Source: a virus
Lineage: Duplodnaviria > Caudoviricetes
Reading direction: 5' to 3' (one strand)
Virus record (IMG/VR): IMGVR_UViG_3300025665_000467
Span: 1-40,032 of that record
DNA length: 40,032 bases
The notes under the pieces were generated by a model. It was not told the DNA's origin, did not search any database, and worked only from the letters and a program-made list of their open reading frames with translations. The position numbers and the translations under genes are program-made. Shown here one piece after another: positions 1 through 9,265 of the stretch. Within the stretch, counting starts at the first letter, position 1; each line of letters opens with the position of its first letter.

Positions 1-20
1 GTATTTAATCAAACCAGTAG

Positions 21-146
21 CAGGAGAAGGCACAGCAGTCGTAGAGAACCTCAAGGGGGTTTAGTTCATTGATGGGGGTAAGAGAGGTATAAAATGGTTC
101 TGTATCTTATAGGGTGTGGCATCCTTAGAAGCGAAATTGCTAAAAT
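21..146. repeat. Terminal direct repeat, left copy (126 bp, identical to 39907-40032)
   Basis: caggagaaggcacagcagtc...gcgaaattgctaaaat occurs at both ends; indicates a circular or circularly permuted complete genome (or assembly overlap). Confidence 0.95.
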
Positions 147-215
147 AGCTTCCACCATCCCCACCAGTGAATTACCACACCCTAACCAAGGCTTATCAAT
201 TTAATAATAAAAGAT

Positions 216-476
216 ATGAAATATAGAAAAAAACCAGTGATAGTAGAAGCAATATTAGTTCAACCACAATATAAAAATCTTGATGAGATTATTGATTTCG
301 TTGGAGATAGTTTACACCCTATTGAAAGACGACCAGACTATGTTTTGAAAATAAAGACGCTAGAGGGCGACCACAATGTAAGTTATGGCGATTTTATTAT
401 AAAAGGAATTAAAGGCGAATTTTATCCCTGCAAGCCAGATATATTTGAAGCTACTTATGAGAAAGTAGAGGATTAA
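216..476 (+). CDS. Conserved phage protein (KYRKKPVxVEA...TLEG...GDFIIKG.KGEFYPCKPDIF family)
   Basis: Motif pattern typical of a widespread small phage protein family; function unknown. Confidence 0.8.
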   Translation: MKYRKKPVIVEAILVQPQYKNLDEIIDFVGDSLHPIERRPDYVLKIKTLEGDHNVSYGDFIIKGIKGEFYPCKPDIFEATYEKVED

Positions 477-489
477 CCAAGGCAATATT

Positions 490-714
490 ATGGAAAAAGA
501 AAAAAAACAAATAATTAAAATATTAGGAATAAATGAAAATGCAGAATGGGCTGATATTTTTGCAGAGATAGGAAAGTTGCAAGAAAGAGCACAGAAAATA
601 CCGCCAATGTATATACCACCGTACAAAGAACCAGATAATCCCTTAAACACTAATCCAAACTTGCACTATCATGGCACACTTCCCTGTTATAATAACCCTT
701 GTGTCTGGTGCTAA
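490..714 (+). CDS. Hypothetical protein
   Basis: ORF in a co-directional run of short genes. Confidence 0.6.
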   Translation: MEKEKKQIIKILGINENAEWADIFAEIGKLQERAQKIPPMYIPPYKEPDNPLNTNPNLHYHGTLPCYNNPCVWC

Positions 715-746
715 CCCAACACTTACAAGAATAATTAGAAAGAGAT

Positions 747-953
747 ATGGAACAATTAAAATGGTATCAAAAAATAATATATTGGTTAGTTGAATTAAGT
801 TTTCGCTATAACTGCGAAAAAGGTCGCCACAAATGGGGATATACATTATCTGAAAGCGGGGTTGTTTATTTAGATGATGAAAAAGTACCAAAAGAATTAT
901 GGCATTGTTTAGATTGTGAAATTAAGAAATACACCCCAAACAAAGAATTATAA
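747..953 (+). CDS. Hypothetical protein (possible C/H zinc ligands)
   Basis: ORF; C...H...CxxC pattern. Confidence 0.55.
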   Translation: MEQLKWYQKIIYWLVELSFRYNCEKGRHKWGYTLSESGVVYLDDEKVPKELWHCLDCEIKKYTPNKEL

Positions 954-971
954 CAACTAATAAAATCATTT

Positions 972-1154
972 ATGGAGAAAGAAAAAATTACAATAGAATA
1001 TTTTCCACTTAATGAACCACAACAGGAAACATTAAGAAGGATAAAGAAATTAGCAAAAACATCTCATTTTATAGATATTAGATTTAGAGATAATGGAGAA
1101 TATAAAATAGAGCAAGCAGATTTTTTACGGGAAATACTAAAACAAATAATCTAA
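972..1154 (+). CDS. Hypothetical protein
   Basis: ORF in co-directional run. Confidence 0.55.
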   Translation: MEKEKITIEYFPLNEPQQETLRRIKKLAKTSHFIDIRFRDNGEYKIEQADFLREILKQII

Positions 1155-1159
1155 CCCCT

Positions 1160-1453
1160 ATGGAAATAAAAGAAATACGAAGTAAAGTATTAGATGACCA
1201 TATTTGTAGATTTAATGATGGTGAACAGCTTTGTTATTGCTTCACTAAAGGTTTTGACGCTGGTTTCCACACACTACTACAAAGTGAGATTGAGAGGCTT
1301 GAAACGGAAAAAATAGGGCAGAATGTTATCATAAATAAAATTGCAAGAGCTAAATATAAAGAAGCTAATCACGACAATGGCTACAACCAAGCCCTCACAG
1401 ACACCATCACCCATTATAAGAAGTTACAGGAGAGTATAAATAAAGAAATATGA
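1160..1453 (+). CDS. Hypothetical phage protein
   Basis: ORF; C-terminal GYNQAL motif common in small phage early proteins; ATGA overlap with next ORF. Confidence 0.6.
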   Translation: MEIKEIRSKVLDDHICRFNDGEQLCYCFTKGFDAGFHTLLQSEIERLETEKIGQNVIINKIARAKYKEANHDNGYNQALTDTITHYKKLQESINKEI

Positions 1454-1605
1454 AAAAATACGAATATAAATGGTTAAGTACCAATTCCATAGAAGAATTG
1501 AATAAGCATGCTCAAAATGGTTGGCGTGTTATATCTACAAGTTACTCTGCTGGTGGGAATATATTGTCAATTTTTTTAGAAAGAGAAAAGGACTTGTGCA
1601 AGTAA
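1450..1605 (+). CDS. Small protein, DUF4177-like (51 aa, not in ORF track)
   Basis: MKKYEYKW...ELNKHAQNGWRVIS...FLERE resembles the YEYK..LN...GW.V pattern; ATGA coupling to upstream ORF. Confidence 0.6.
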   Translation: MKKYEYKWLSTNSIEELNKHAQNGWRVISTSYSAGGNILSIFLEREKDLCK

Positions 1606-1743
1606 GAGTTAAATAAATAAGGCTTGACGTAGGTAAACAATTAAAGGTATAATGGGAAGAATGTTACACCTCATATTCAGTGTACTAAAACTATCTCCTC
1701 TAAGACCAGACTGGTGGTACGCAAATATAATAGATAATAAGAA

Positions 1744-1788
1744 TTATCCCCACCCTCACATTGAAAAAAAACAGTATAGTGATAAAAT
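1744..1788 (+). promoter_or_regulatory. Sigma70-type promoter for the sugar-biosynthesis operon, with upstream DnaA-box-like motif
   Basis: TTATCCCCA (1744-1752), TTGAAA (1761-1766), 16 bp spacer, TGn-TAAAAT (1783-1788). Confidence 0.55.
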
Positions 1789-1824
1789 ATTAAGAATAAG
1801 ACAAAAAAATCTTAACCAAGACAA

Positions 1825-2472
1825 ATGGCAGATATCAAGCAAAAAATAAGAAAAGATATATTAGAAGCATCATTCTCTGCAGGTGCTTGTCATATCGGCA
1901 GTTCGTTAAGCTGTGTAGATATAATGGTAGATTTATTTTACAAGACATTACAAAAAGATGATGTCTTTTTATTTGGTAAAGCTAGTGGTGTAGCCACATA
2001 TTACTCAATACTAGCTGACAAAGGTATATTTCCAAAAGAGAAACTCCCCTATTATCTTAAAAACTATCCATTACCGAGTGTAGAAGTACCAAGTGTAGTA
2101 CATAGCTTTGGAAGTTTAGGACATGGACTTTCAGTAGCTTGTGGTATGGCTTTAGGAGACAGGAAAAGAAAAGTATATATATTACTTTCAGATGGAGAGT
2201 GTCAGGAGGGTTCAACATACGAGGCAGTCCTATTCGCAAAACAACATAAGCTTAAAAATTTGTATGTAATTATTGATAATAATTCTTTACAAGCTCTCGG
2301 AAAGACAGATGATATTTTAAAAGTAGACTTTAGTTTCTTCAAAAGAAATTTACCAAATTGTAGAGTTGTAAAAACAATTAAAGGTAAAGGGGTAGATTTT
2401 ATGAAAGGGTACGAATGGCACTATGAGAATTTATCAGAAGAACTGTTGGATAAAGCACTTAAACAAATATAG
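1825..2472 (+). CDS. Transketolase-like protein, N-terminal TPP-binding subunit
   Basis: HIGSSLSCVDI, GSLGHGLSVACGMAL, TPP motif LSDGECQEG..YEA...IDNN. Confidence 0.92.
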   Translation: MADIKQKIRKDILEASFSAGACHIGSSLSCVDIMVDLFYKTLQKDDVFLFGKASGVATYYSILADKGIFPKEKLPYYLKNYPLPSVEVPSVVHSFGSLGHGLSVACGMALGDRKRKVYILLSDGECQEGSTYEAVLFAKQHKLKNLYVIIDNNSLQALGKTDDILKVDFSFFKRNLPNCRVVKTIKGKGVDFMKGYEWHYENLSEELLDKALKQI

Positions 2473-2473
2473 T

Positions 2474-2938
2474 ATGGATTTAAGACAACCATTTTTTGAT
2501 GAGATATTAAAGATTGCAAAAAAAGATAAAGATATCTTAGTGCTTATATGTGATTTGGGGTATTCATTTTATGAAAAATTTGAGAAAGAATTACCTAATC
2601 AAATTATTAATATGGGTATAGCTGAACAAAATGCAATTGGTGTAGCAGCAGGTTTAGCTAGAGCAGGGAAGAAACCATATGTATATTCAGGTTCAATCTT
2701 TCTCTCATCAAGGGCTAATGAGTTTATAAGAGATGATGTGGCTTATGCAAATCTAAATGTTAAGTTGATAGGTACTGGAGCATCAGGCTTTTTAGGCTTC
2801 ACACATAACTGGATGGGCAAAGAGAATGATTTAGACCTAATTAAGAACATGCCGAACATAACACATTGTAACCCGACAAAGAGAGAGACATTAAAAAAAG
2901 CATTATTAAGTAATAAACCATTATATATAAGAATATGA
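2474..2938 (+). CDS. Transketolase-like protein, pyrimidine-binding subunit (short; no C-terminal domain)
   Basis: DLG, NMGIAEQNAIGVAAGLA, RA.EFIR.D, GFTH; ATG at 2474 directly follows the upstream stop. Confidence 0.88.
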   Translation: MDLRQPFFDEILKIAKKDKDILVLICDLGYSFYEKFEKELPNQIINMGIAEQNAIGVAAGLARAGKKPYVYSGSIFLSSRANEFIRDDVAYANLNVKLIGTGASGFLGFTHNWMGKENDLDLIKNMPNITHCNPTKRETLKKALLSNKPLYIRI

Positions 2939-3981
2939 GTATAAAATTTTTTGACCCCGCAAAACAATATTTAAAGTACAAAGACGAAATAGATGAAGCT
3001 ATGCAAGATGTTCTCTTGAGAGGAGATTTAATATTAAGAAAAGATGTAGAAGAGTTTGAGGAAAATCTAGCTAAGTTTGTAGGTACAAAATACGCAACTG
3101 CTCTCAACTCGGGAACAGACGCCCTCTTCTTAACTTTAAAGATGTTAGGAGTTAAAGAGGGAGACAATGTGATTACCTGCGGACACACTTTTCACGCTAC
3201 AGTAGAAGCTATACATAACTGTGGAGCTACACCAGTATTAGTAAATGTAGGAGAAGATGGAATGATGAATGTAGACGAAGTCTTAGAAAAGATAAACCCA
3301 TTTACCAAAGCGATAATTCCAGTACATCTTATGGGTGACATGTGCGATATGAAAGCCCTAACAGAAGGAACTGACTTGCCTATCATTGAAGATGCTTGTC
3401 AGGCTCTTGGTGCTGAAAGAGATGGAAAGAAAGCAGGAGCTTGGGGTTGGGCTGGTTGTTTCTCATTCTACCCTGCTAAGATATTAGGTTGCTTTGGAGA
3501 TGGTGGAGCTATCACAACAAATGACAAAGAATTAGCTGATGAGATGAAAGATTTAAGAAATCACTATAAATATAACCCTGGCAAGTGGGGATATAATTCA
3601 CGTTTAGATAACTTACACGCCGCAGTTCTTAATGTGAAGATTAAATACTTACCAAAAATGTTGGCGAGGAGGCAAGAGATAGCAGATTTATATGATTACA
3701 ATTTAAGTCATATTAAGGAGATTACATTACCAGTAATGAGAAAAGGTAGAGTATATCAGGATTATATTATAAGAATAGAACATAGAGATTGGTTGGAGAA
3801 TTTCTTGGAAGGAAGCGATATAGAGACAATGAAAAACGACTATCACTTCCCTGCTGATTGTCCTAAACCGTTAAAAACTGTAGAACTAGAGCAACAGACA
3901 TTAAGACTTCCTTGTAATGATGTAATAACAGACGAAGAAGTACATAAAGTAATTGAGGCAATACATGAATACTATAGTTGA
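2935..3981 (+). CDS. DegT/DnrJ/EryC1/StrS PLP-dependent nucleotide-sugar aminotransferase (WbpE/WlbC-like)
   Basis: NSGTDAL, IIPVHL.G, IIEDACQA.GA, FSFYPAKILG..GDGG, GYNSRLD. Confidence 0.95.
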   Translation: MSIKFFDPAKQYLKYKDEIDEAMQDVLLRGDLILRKDVEEFEENLAKFVGTKYATALNSGTDALFLTLKMLGVKEGDNVITCGHTFHATVEAIHNCGATPVLVNVGEDGMMNVDEVLEKINPFTKAIIPVHLMGDMCDMKALTEGTDLPIIEDACQALGAERDGKKAGAWGWAGCFSFYPAKILGCFGDGGAITTNDKELADEMKDLRNHYKYNPGKWGYNSRLDNLHAAVLNVKIKYLPKMLARRQEIADLYDYNLSHIKEITLPVMRKGRVYQDYIIRIEHRDWLENFLEGSDIETMKNDYHFPADCPKPLKTVELEQQTLRLPCNDVITDEEVHKVIEAIHEYYS

Positions 3982-4795
3982 TAAAAGAATATTAATTTCG
4001 GGGGGTGCAGGTTCAATTGGTAGTGAGCTTGTAAGACAGCTTGCCATTGATAATAAGATTTTTATCTTGGACATAAATGAAAATAATACCTTTCTTTTAA
4101 GGGAAGAGATGAGAGAAAAAGGATATTGGGTACATTCAAGAACTGGAGATATTAAATGCAAGAGTACCGTGTTTGATGTGTTTAGTGACTTTAAACCAGA
4201 GATAGTATTTCATTGTGCAGCACTTAAACATGTAACACCAAACGAGGAATATCCTAGAGAAGCGGTAGAGACTAACATACTAGGAACTTTAAACTTAATT
4301 GAAGAAGCAAAGAAGTGGGAATGTTTAGAGAAGTTTGTATTTATCTCAACAGATAAGGTCGTTAATGCAAACTGTAATATGGGAATTACAAAGCTGTGTG
4401 CAGAGGGGTTAGTGAAAGGTGCAGGAGAGAAATTTGTCGCAGTAAGGTTTGGTAATGTAATGAACAGTCAAGGTAGTGTATTGAAGATATGGGAACGACA
4501 AGTAAGGAATAAAGAACCTATCACGATTACAGATAAGAGAATGGAGCGATATATGATGACAATACCAGAAGCATGTCACTTAGTAATAGAAGCAGGACTT
4601 AAAGGAAAGAATGGGGAAACTTGGATACTAAATATGGGAGAGCTAAAGAAGATAATAGATTTAAAAGAAGAGCTGTACCCTGATTATCCAATTAAAGAAG
4701 TAGGAATAAGAACAGGGGAAACATTAGACGAAAAACTAATGACACAAGATGAAGAGAGGATTGCGATTATTAAAGATAAATTTTATATAATATGA
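3965..4795 (+). CDS. Nucleotide-sugar 4,6-dehydratase, CapD/PglF/WbpM-like catalytic domain without membrane part
   Basis: GGAGSIGSEL, FHCAALKHV, STDKVV..NMG.TK (Met-type catalytic motif), VRFGNV..S.GSV, M.RY.MTIPEA, GIR.GE. Confidence 0.92.
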   Translation: MNTIVDKRILISGGAGSIGSELVRQLAIDNKIFILDINENNTFLLREEMREKGYWVHSRTGDIKCKSTVFDVFSDFKPEIVFHCAALKHVTPNEEYPREAVETNILGTLNLIEEAKKWECLEKFVFISTDKVVNANCNMGITKLCAEGLVKGAGEKFVAVRFGNVMNSQGSVLKIWERQVRNKEPITITDKRMERYMMTIPEACHLVIEAGLKGKNGETWILNMGELKKIIDLKEELYPDYPIKEVGIRTGETLDEKLMTQDEERIAIIKDKFYII

Positions 4796-5493
4796 CATCA
4801 CTGACAATAGGAGAGGGAGAAATAGGAAAATCTTTACACCAAGTCTTAATGCAAAGACATAATGCTTTTATAAGAGATAAGGAGGATTTAGAATTAAAAG
4901 GAGTAGAAGTATTAAATATTTGCTATCCATATTCAAAGGATTTTGTAAAAATAACAAAGAAATATATCAAGCAATATAAACCTAAAGTAACTATCATTCA
5001 TAGTACAGTTAAAGCAGGCACGACAAGTAAATGTGGAGATATGGTGGTACATAGCCCAGTACACGGTAAACACCCAGACTTAACAGGAGGTATCAAGACG
5101 TTCACTAAGTACGTAGGTGGAGATAATACTTATGCAGTTTATATAGCAGATAAGTTCTTAAAAGAAGCGGGGATTAAAACTAAAATAGTTGCCAATGCTA
5201 AAACTTCAGAACTTTCTAAAGTTCTTTGCACTTCATATTATGGTTGGAATATTTTATTTATGAAGGAAGTAGCTAAGATATGTAAGAAAGAAGGTGTGCC
5301 ATTCCATGAAGTATATACAGATTGGAACTGGTTATATAATGTAGGCTATGGAAAATTAGATATGCCACAGTTTGTAAGACCAGTACTTGACCCAATACAA
5401 GGTAAGATAGGAGGTCATTGTGTTGTAAATAACTGTGACTTATTAGATAGCTTTATTACTAGAACAATTAAAGAAAAGAATAATGAAATCTAA
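4792..5493 (+). CDS. UDP-glucose/GDP-mannose dehydrogenase family protein (WbpA/WecC-like, truncated)
   Basis: IGEGEIG, IIHSTV..GTT, VHSP, SELSK, catalytic IGGHCV; ends shortly after the catalytic Cys. Confidence 0.8.
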   Translation: MTSLTIGEGEIGKSLHQVLMQRHNAFIRDKEDLELKGVEVLNICYPYSKDFVKITKKYIKQYKPKVTIIHSTVKAGTTSKCGDMVVHSPVHGKHPDLTGGIKTFTKYVGGDNTYAVYIADKFLKEAGIKTKIVANAKTSELSKVLCTSYYGWNILFMKEVAKICKKEGVPFHEVYTDWNWLYNVGYGKLDMPQFVRPVLDPIQGKIGGHCVVNNCDLLDSFITRTIKEKNNEI

Positions 5494-6250
5494 ATTTGCA
5501 ATAATTGGTTCAGAGGGTTTTATAGCACCCCGACATAAACAAGCAATAGAAAAGCTAGGAGCTGAAGTATTTTTAAGTTGTGACAAAGAAAGGGATTGGG
5601 TTGAGATGTTTAACCATCCAGATTTTGATGAAGTAACACATGTTTCTATTTGTACTCCTAATTATCTACATTCAGTCATAACTCGTGAAGCTCTGCTTAA
5701 AGGAAAGAAAGTCTTATGTGAAAAGCCTTTGAGTATAAACGGAACTGAAGGATTAGATGGGGTTAAGACTGTGCTTCAATTAAGATATCATCCAGAACTT
5801 CAGAAGATAAACAAACCTAAGGAATTACAAGTAACCGCTAAGATGTTTAGAGATGATAAGTATTGGAAGTCTTGGAAAGGTAATGAAGTAATGTCAGGTG
5901 GGATATTATATAATCTTGGTGTTCATTATGTTGACCTCGCTATCTTCTTACTTGGAGACTCTTGGGAGATTATAGATGTATATAAGACAGATAAGAAAGT
6001 AACTGCAACAGTAAGATTTGGAGAAAGTTTAGCTAACTTTCATATAGAAGTAGTAAATAATAGAGATGAGCAAGGTCGTAAGCTCATAGCTGATGGAAAA
6101 GAAATAACATTATCAAATCAAGACAATCTCTCTTATGAAGATTTACATACTGAGGTATACAAAGAGTTCCTAGCTGGTCGAGGTATAGGAATAGATGAAT
6201 CAGAGAAAAGTCTTAAACTAATAAGTGCAATATGTCAATACAAAAAGTAG
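5483..6250 (+). CDS. Gfo/Idh/MocA oxidoreductase, WbpB/WlbA-like UDP-GlcNAcA 3-dehydrogenase
   Basis: GFIAPRH, SICTPNYLH, LCEKPL, VLQLRYHP, SWKG...SGG...NLGVHY.D, F/YEDLHT..Y motifs. Confidence 0.88.
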   Translation: MKSKFAIIGSEGFIAPRHKQAIEKLGAEVFLSCDKERDWVEMFNHPDFDEVTHVSICTPNYLHSVITREALLKGKKVLCEKPLSINGTEGLDGVKTVLQLRYHPELQKINKPKELQVTAKMFRDDKYWKSWKGNEVMSGGILYNLGVHYVDLAIFLLGDSWEIIDVYKTDKKVTATVRFGESLANFHIEVVNNRDEQGRKLIADGKEITLSNQDNLSYEDLHTEVYKEFLAGRGIGIDESEKSLKLISAICQYKK

Positions 6251-6465
6251 AAGAAGAAATAGAAAAAGCAGTATCCAAAATCAGTATTGATGATTGGAGG
6301 GAGATATTTGAGAAACAAGGTCTAGGATATTTAATTAGTAGTGTGCCTTCAAATAAAGATGTTTTAATATTTAGACAAGGAGACAGATATGCTCACTACA
6401 GTTTCAAGACATTATTAAACGTGAATAAGCCTAATGAACCGATATGTGTTCAAAAGATTAAATAA
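6232..6465 (+). CDS. Hypothetical protein within sugar operon
   Basis: ORF fills the gap between two enzymes. Confidence 0.5.
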   Translation: MSIQKVEEEIEKAVSKISIDDWREIFEKQGLGYLISSVPSNKDVLIFRQGDRYAHYSFKTLLNVNKPNEPICVQKIK

Positions 6466-6466
6466 T

Positions 6467-7513
6467 ATGCAAACACAATGTAAACGCTGTGTAATGGACG
6501 GAAGTGCAACTGAGATAGTCTTTACAGACACAGGTTGTAACTTCTGTGACACAGCAGTAAAACAAGAGAAGATAAGATTGAGTGAGATTAAGAATCACAG
6601 GAAAGTTATAGATGCTATTAAAAAAGCAGGTAAGGGTAAGAAGTATGACTGTCTTCTTGGTCTTTCTGGGGGTGTAGATAGCTCCACTTGTCTTATGAAG
6701 TTAGTAGAGAATGGGATAAGACCTCTATGTTTCTCACTAGACAACGGCTGGAATGACCCTAAAGCAGATGCAAATGTAGAGAGATTAGTAAAGAAAGCAG
6801 GAGTAACACATATCAATCATAAAATAGACTTAGAGAAGTTCAAAGAATTACAGACAGCTTTCTTAAGAGGAGGTATAAAGAATGTAGAAGCAACAACAGA
6901 CCATATACTCTTTGCCCTTACATATAAAATGATAGTAGATAACAAACTCAAGTATGTAATATCAGGTGGTAATCAGGCAACTGAAAGTATAATGCCAGCT
7001 TCTTGGGGTGAAGATGCAAGAGATTTATACTGGATTAAAAGTGTATATAAGGCTATAATAGGTAGGAAACTAACAGGATTACCAACTATCTCACTACTCA
7101 GAGAGCAATACTATCGCCTCTTTAAAAAGTTTAAGACTATCAACTTACTTGACTACTACACTTATGACAGAGAAGAAGCTATTAAGAAACTTCAAGAGTG
7201 GTGTGGATATGAACCTTATGGGGAAAAACATTGTGAAAGTGTATGGACTCACTGGTTTCAGAACTATTATTTGTTTGAGAAGTGGGGAATTGACAAAAGA
7301 AAAGCACATCTCTCTTCTCTTATAATGTCAGGACAGATGACAAGAGATGAAGCGTTACATGAAATAAGTAAATGTCCTGTGTACCCAGAGCTAGGGATAG
7401 AGCAGAAAGTAATGAGATATCCTAAAAGGTCGTATGATGACTATCCTAATTCAAGGAAAGTTAGAAGATTAGTAAGTAAATTATATCGTTATGCAAAATT
7501 ATTGGTTTCATAG
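6467..7513 (+). CDS. N-acetyl sugar amidotransferase (WbpG-like, PP-loop)
   Basis: C.RCVMD...CNFC, YDCLLGLSGGVDSS, DNGWN, YGEKHCES, DKRKAHLSSLI.SGQMTRDEAL. Confidence 0.92.
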   Translation: MQTQCKRCVMDGSATEIVFTDTGCNFCDTAVKQEKIRLSEIKNHRKVIDAIKKAGKGKKYDCLLGLSGGVDSSTCLMKLVENGIRPLCFSLDNGWNDPKADANVERLVKKAGVTHINHKIDLEKFKELQTAFLRGGIKNVEATTDHILFALTYKMIVDNKLKYVISGGNQATESIMPASWGEDARDLYWIKSVYKAIIGRKLTGLPTISLLREQYYRLFKKFKTINLLDYYTYDREEAIKKLQEWCGYEPYGEKHCESVWTHWFQNYYLFEKWGIDKRKAHLSSLIMSGQMTRDEALHEISKCPVYPELGIEQKVMRYPKRSYDDYPNSRKVRRLVSKLYRYAKLLVS

Positions 7514-8363
7514 AATCGCCCCGTCATTAGGAGAGTTGGAAGGAACTCCTGATGATGTATGGGGAACTGAAGATTATTATTTACTAGATGGGAGTATTGA
7601 AGATATTGAAGCTCCAACAGTATTCTTTGGTCTTTATGGACTCAATGACTTCTACACCCTATGGCGACACAAAGGATATAAAGCTATTCTCTGGGCTGGT
7701 TCAGATATCCGCCACTTCCAAAATGGTTACTTCCTAGATGACGCAGGTAATATAAGAATAGACTCAACACCACTAGCACAATGGATAGACAAGAACTGTG
7801 ATAACTGGGTAGAGAATGAGGTTGAGTATCAAGCATTATTAGAGATGGGAATAACAGCTAAGGTATGTCCGTCTTTTATGGGTAATGTAGATGATTATAA
7901 AATAGAATATAAACCATCAGAAAGACCTCAAGTATATCTAAGTGTTAGTGGAGATAACTTTCAACTTTATGGCTGGGATATTGTAGAACAGATAGCAGAC
8001 CAGTGCCAAATAGACTTTCATTTATACGGCAACACAGTAGAATGGAAAACTAAACACTCAAATGTATTTGTGCATGGTCGAGTACCCAAAGAGCAAATGA
8101 ATGAAGAGATAAAGAAAATGCAGTCAGGTCTTAGGTTGTGTGCCTTTGATGGTTTCTCTGAGGTATTAGCCAAGAGTGTACTATGGGGTCAATATCCTAT
8201 AACCTTTGAGAGTTTCAAATATAAACACATAGATGGCTTTAGAAACCTTAAGCACTTGGTGCAGATACTAAACAGGTTAAGACTTAAGACAAAACCAAAT
8301 GAATTAGGGAGGACTTATTACTTAAATACTTTAAATAAATACTTATGGAATCAGAAAAAGTAA
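7491..8363 (+). CDS. Putative GT-B fold glycosyltransferase
   Basis: W.GSD, FHLYG, NV.VHGRVP, DGFSEVLAKSVLWG (resembles GT4 E/D-G-F...E signature). Confidence 0.6.
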   Translation: MQNYWFHRIAPSLGELEGTPDDVWGTEDYYLLDGSIEDIEAPTVFFGLYGLNDFYTLWRHKGYKAILWAGSDIRHFQNGYFLDDAGNIRIDSTPLAQWIDKNCDNWVENEVEYQALLEMGITAKVCPSFMGNVDDYKIEYKPSERPQVYLSVSGDNFQLYGWDIVEQIADQCQIDFHLYGNTVEWKTKHSNVFVHGRVPKEQMNEEIKKMQSGLRLCAFDGFSEVLAKSVLWGQYPITFESFKYKHIDGFRNLKHLVQILNRLRLKTKPNELGRTYYLNTLNKYLWNQKK

Positions 8364-9265
8364 ATCATTTTATGTACTGTCCTTTCACAGGATTGGGACT
8401 ATATAACGGACATAGAGGTAAGAGATGGCTCAAGAATAGGATTAAGATATTCAAGCAGTTTGTCTCCCCTTCCCTACTGGCACAGACCAATAAAGACTTC
8501 ATTCTGTGGATTTCGTGGCGTCATAGCGATAGGGGAGAGGGGATTATTGACGAGTTTAAGCGGTATTTAGACGAAAGGTTTGAAAAGGTCGTATTTACTT
8601 ATTCTGGTGTCTGTTTCTGGGATGATAAGTATTCTGACGAGATAGCAAGAGAAAGACTGATAGATGCTATACATGGTTCTATGGGTGATTTACTTAATGT
8701 GATGAATGATAGCGATACAGTGCTTATGACGATACAGCCTAGTGACGATTGTTACAACACAAGTGCAGTAGCTAGAATACAGGAGGCATTGAAAGATGAT
8801 ACTGTTCAATTTGTAGGATATAAGAGTGGTTATGTAATGGATTATAAAACTGGTGAGATTAGAGAATGGAATCCAACAACAACTCCCCCATTCTATACAA
8901 TTAAGTTTACTAAGGAGACATTTGGTATGCACCACCCACTTAAACACTTAGAATACACAGGACCATACAAATCACACGAGTATGTCAAAGATTATCTTAA
9001 TGGACAGTATTTTCTAGAAAGAGGTTTTATAGTCGGAACTCACGGGGAGAATATCTCAACCATATTTAAACATCCATTCACAGGTGAGAAAGTTGGAGAG
9101 GGGACAAAACATTTCTTTGGATTAGAGGATACTGGACTATTGAAACTTAACACAAGTATTCGCAAGACAGTAATGAGAAAACTTCCCCACAACTGGCAGA
9201 AGAAACTACGTTATTTATTAGGGGAACGCTTTTATGCAAAACTATATGATTTCATTCGTTCGTAA
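8345..9265 (+). CDS. Putative GT-A fold glycosyltransferase
   Basis: WLKNR..IF.QF..PSLLAQTNKDF.LWI, SDD acidic motif, late HG.N motif. Confidence 0.65.
   Translation: MESEKVNHFMYCPFTGLGLYNGHRGKRWLKNRIKIFKQFVSPSLLAQTNKDFILWISWRHSDRGEGIIDEFKRYLDERFEKVVFTYSGVCFWDDKYSDEIARERLIDAIHGSMGDLLNVMNDSDTVLMTIQPSDDCYNTSAVARIQEALKDDTVQFVGYKSGYVMDYKTGEIREWNPTTTPPFYTIKFTKETFGMHHPLKHLEYTGPYKSHEYVKDYLNGQYFLERGFIVGTHGENISTIFKHPFTGEKVGEGTKHFFGLEDTGLLKLNTSIRKTVMRKLPHNWQKKLRYLLGERFYAKLYDFIRS

Noticed and set aside
65-171. tRNA gene (CCACCA present)
   Set aside because: No T-loop or D-loop consensus and no proper acceptor stem
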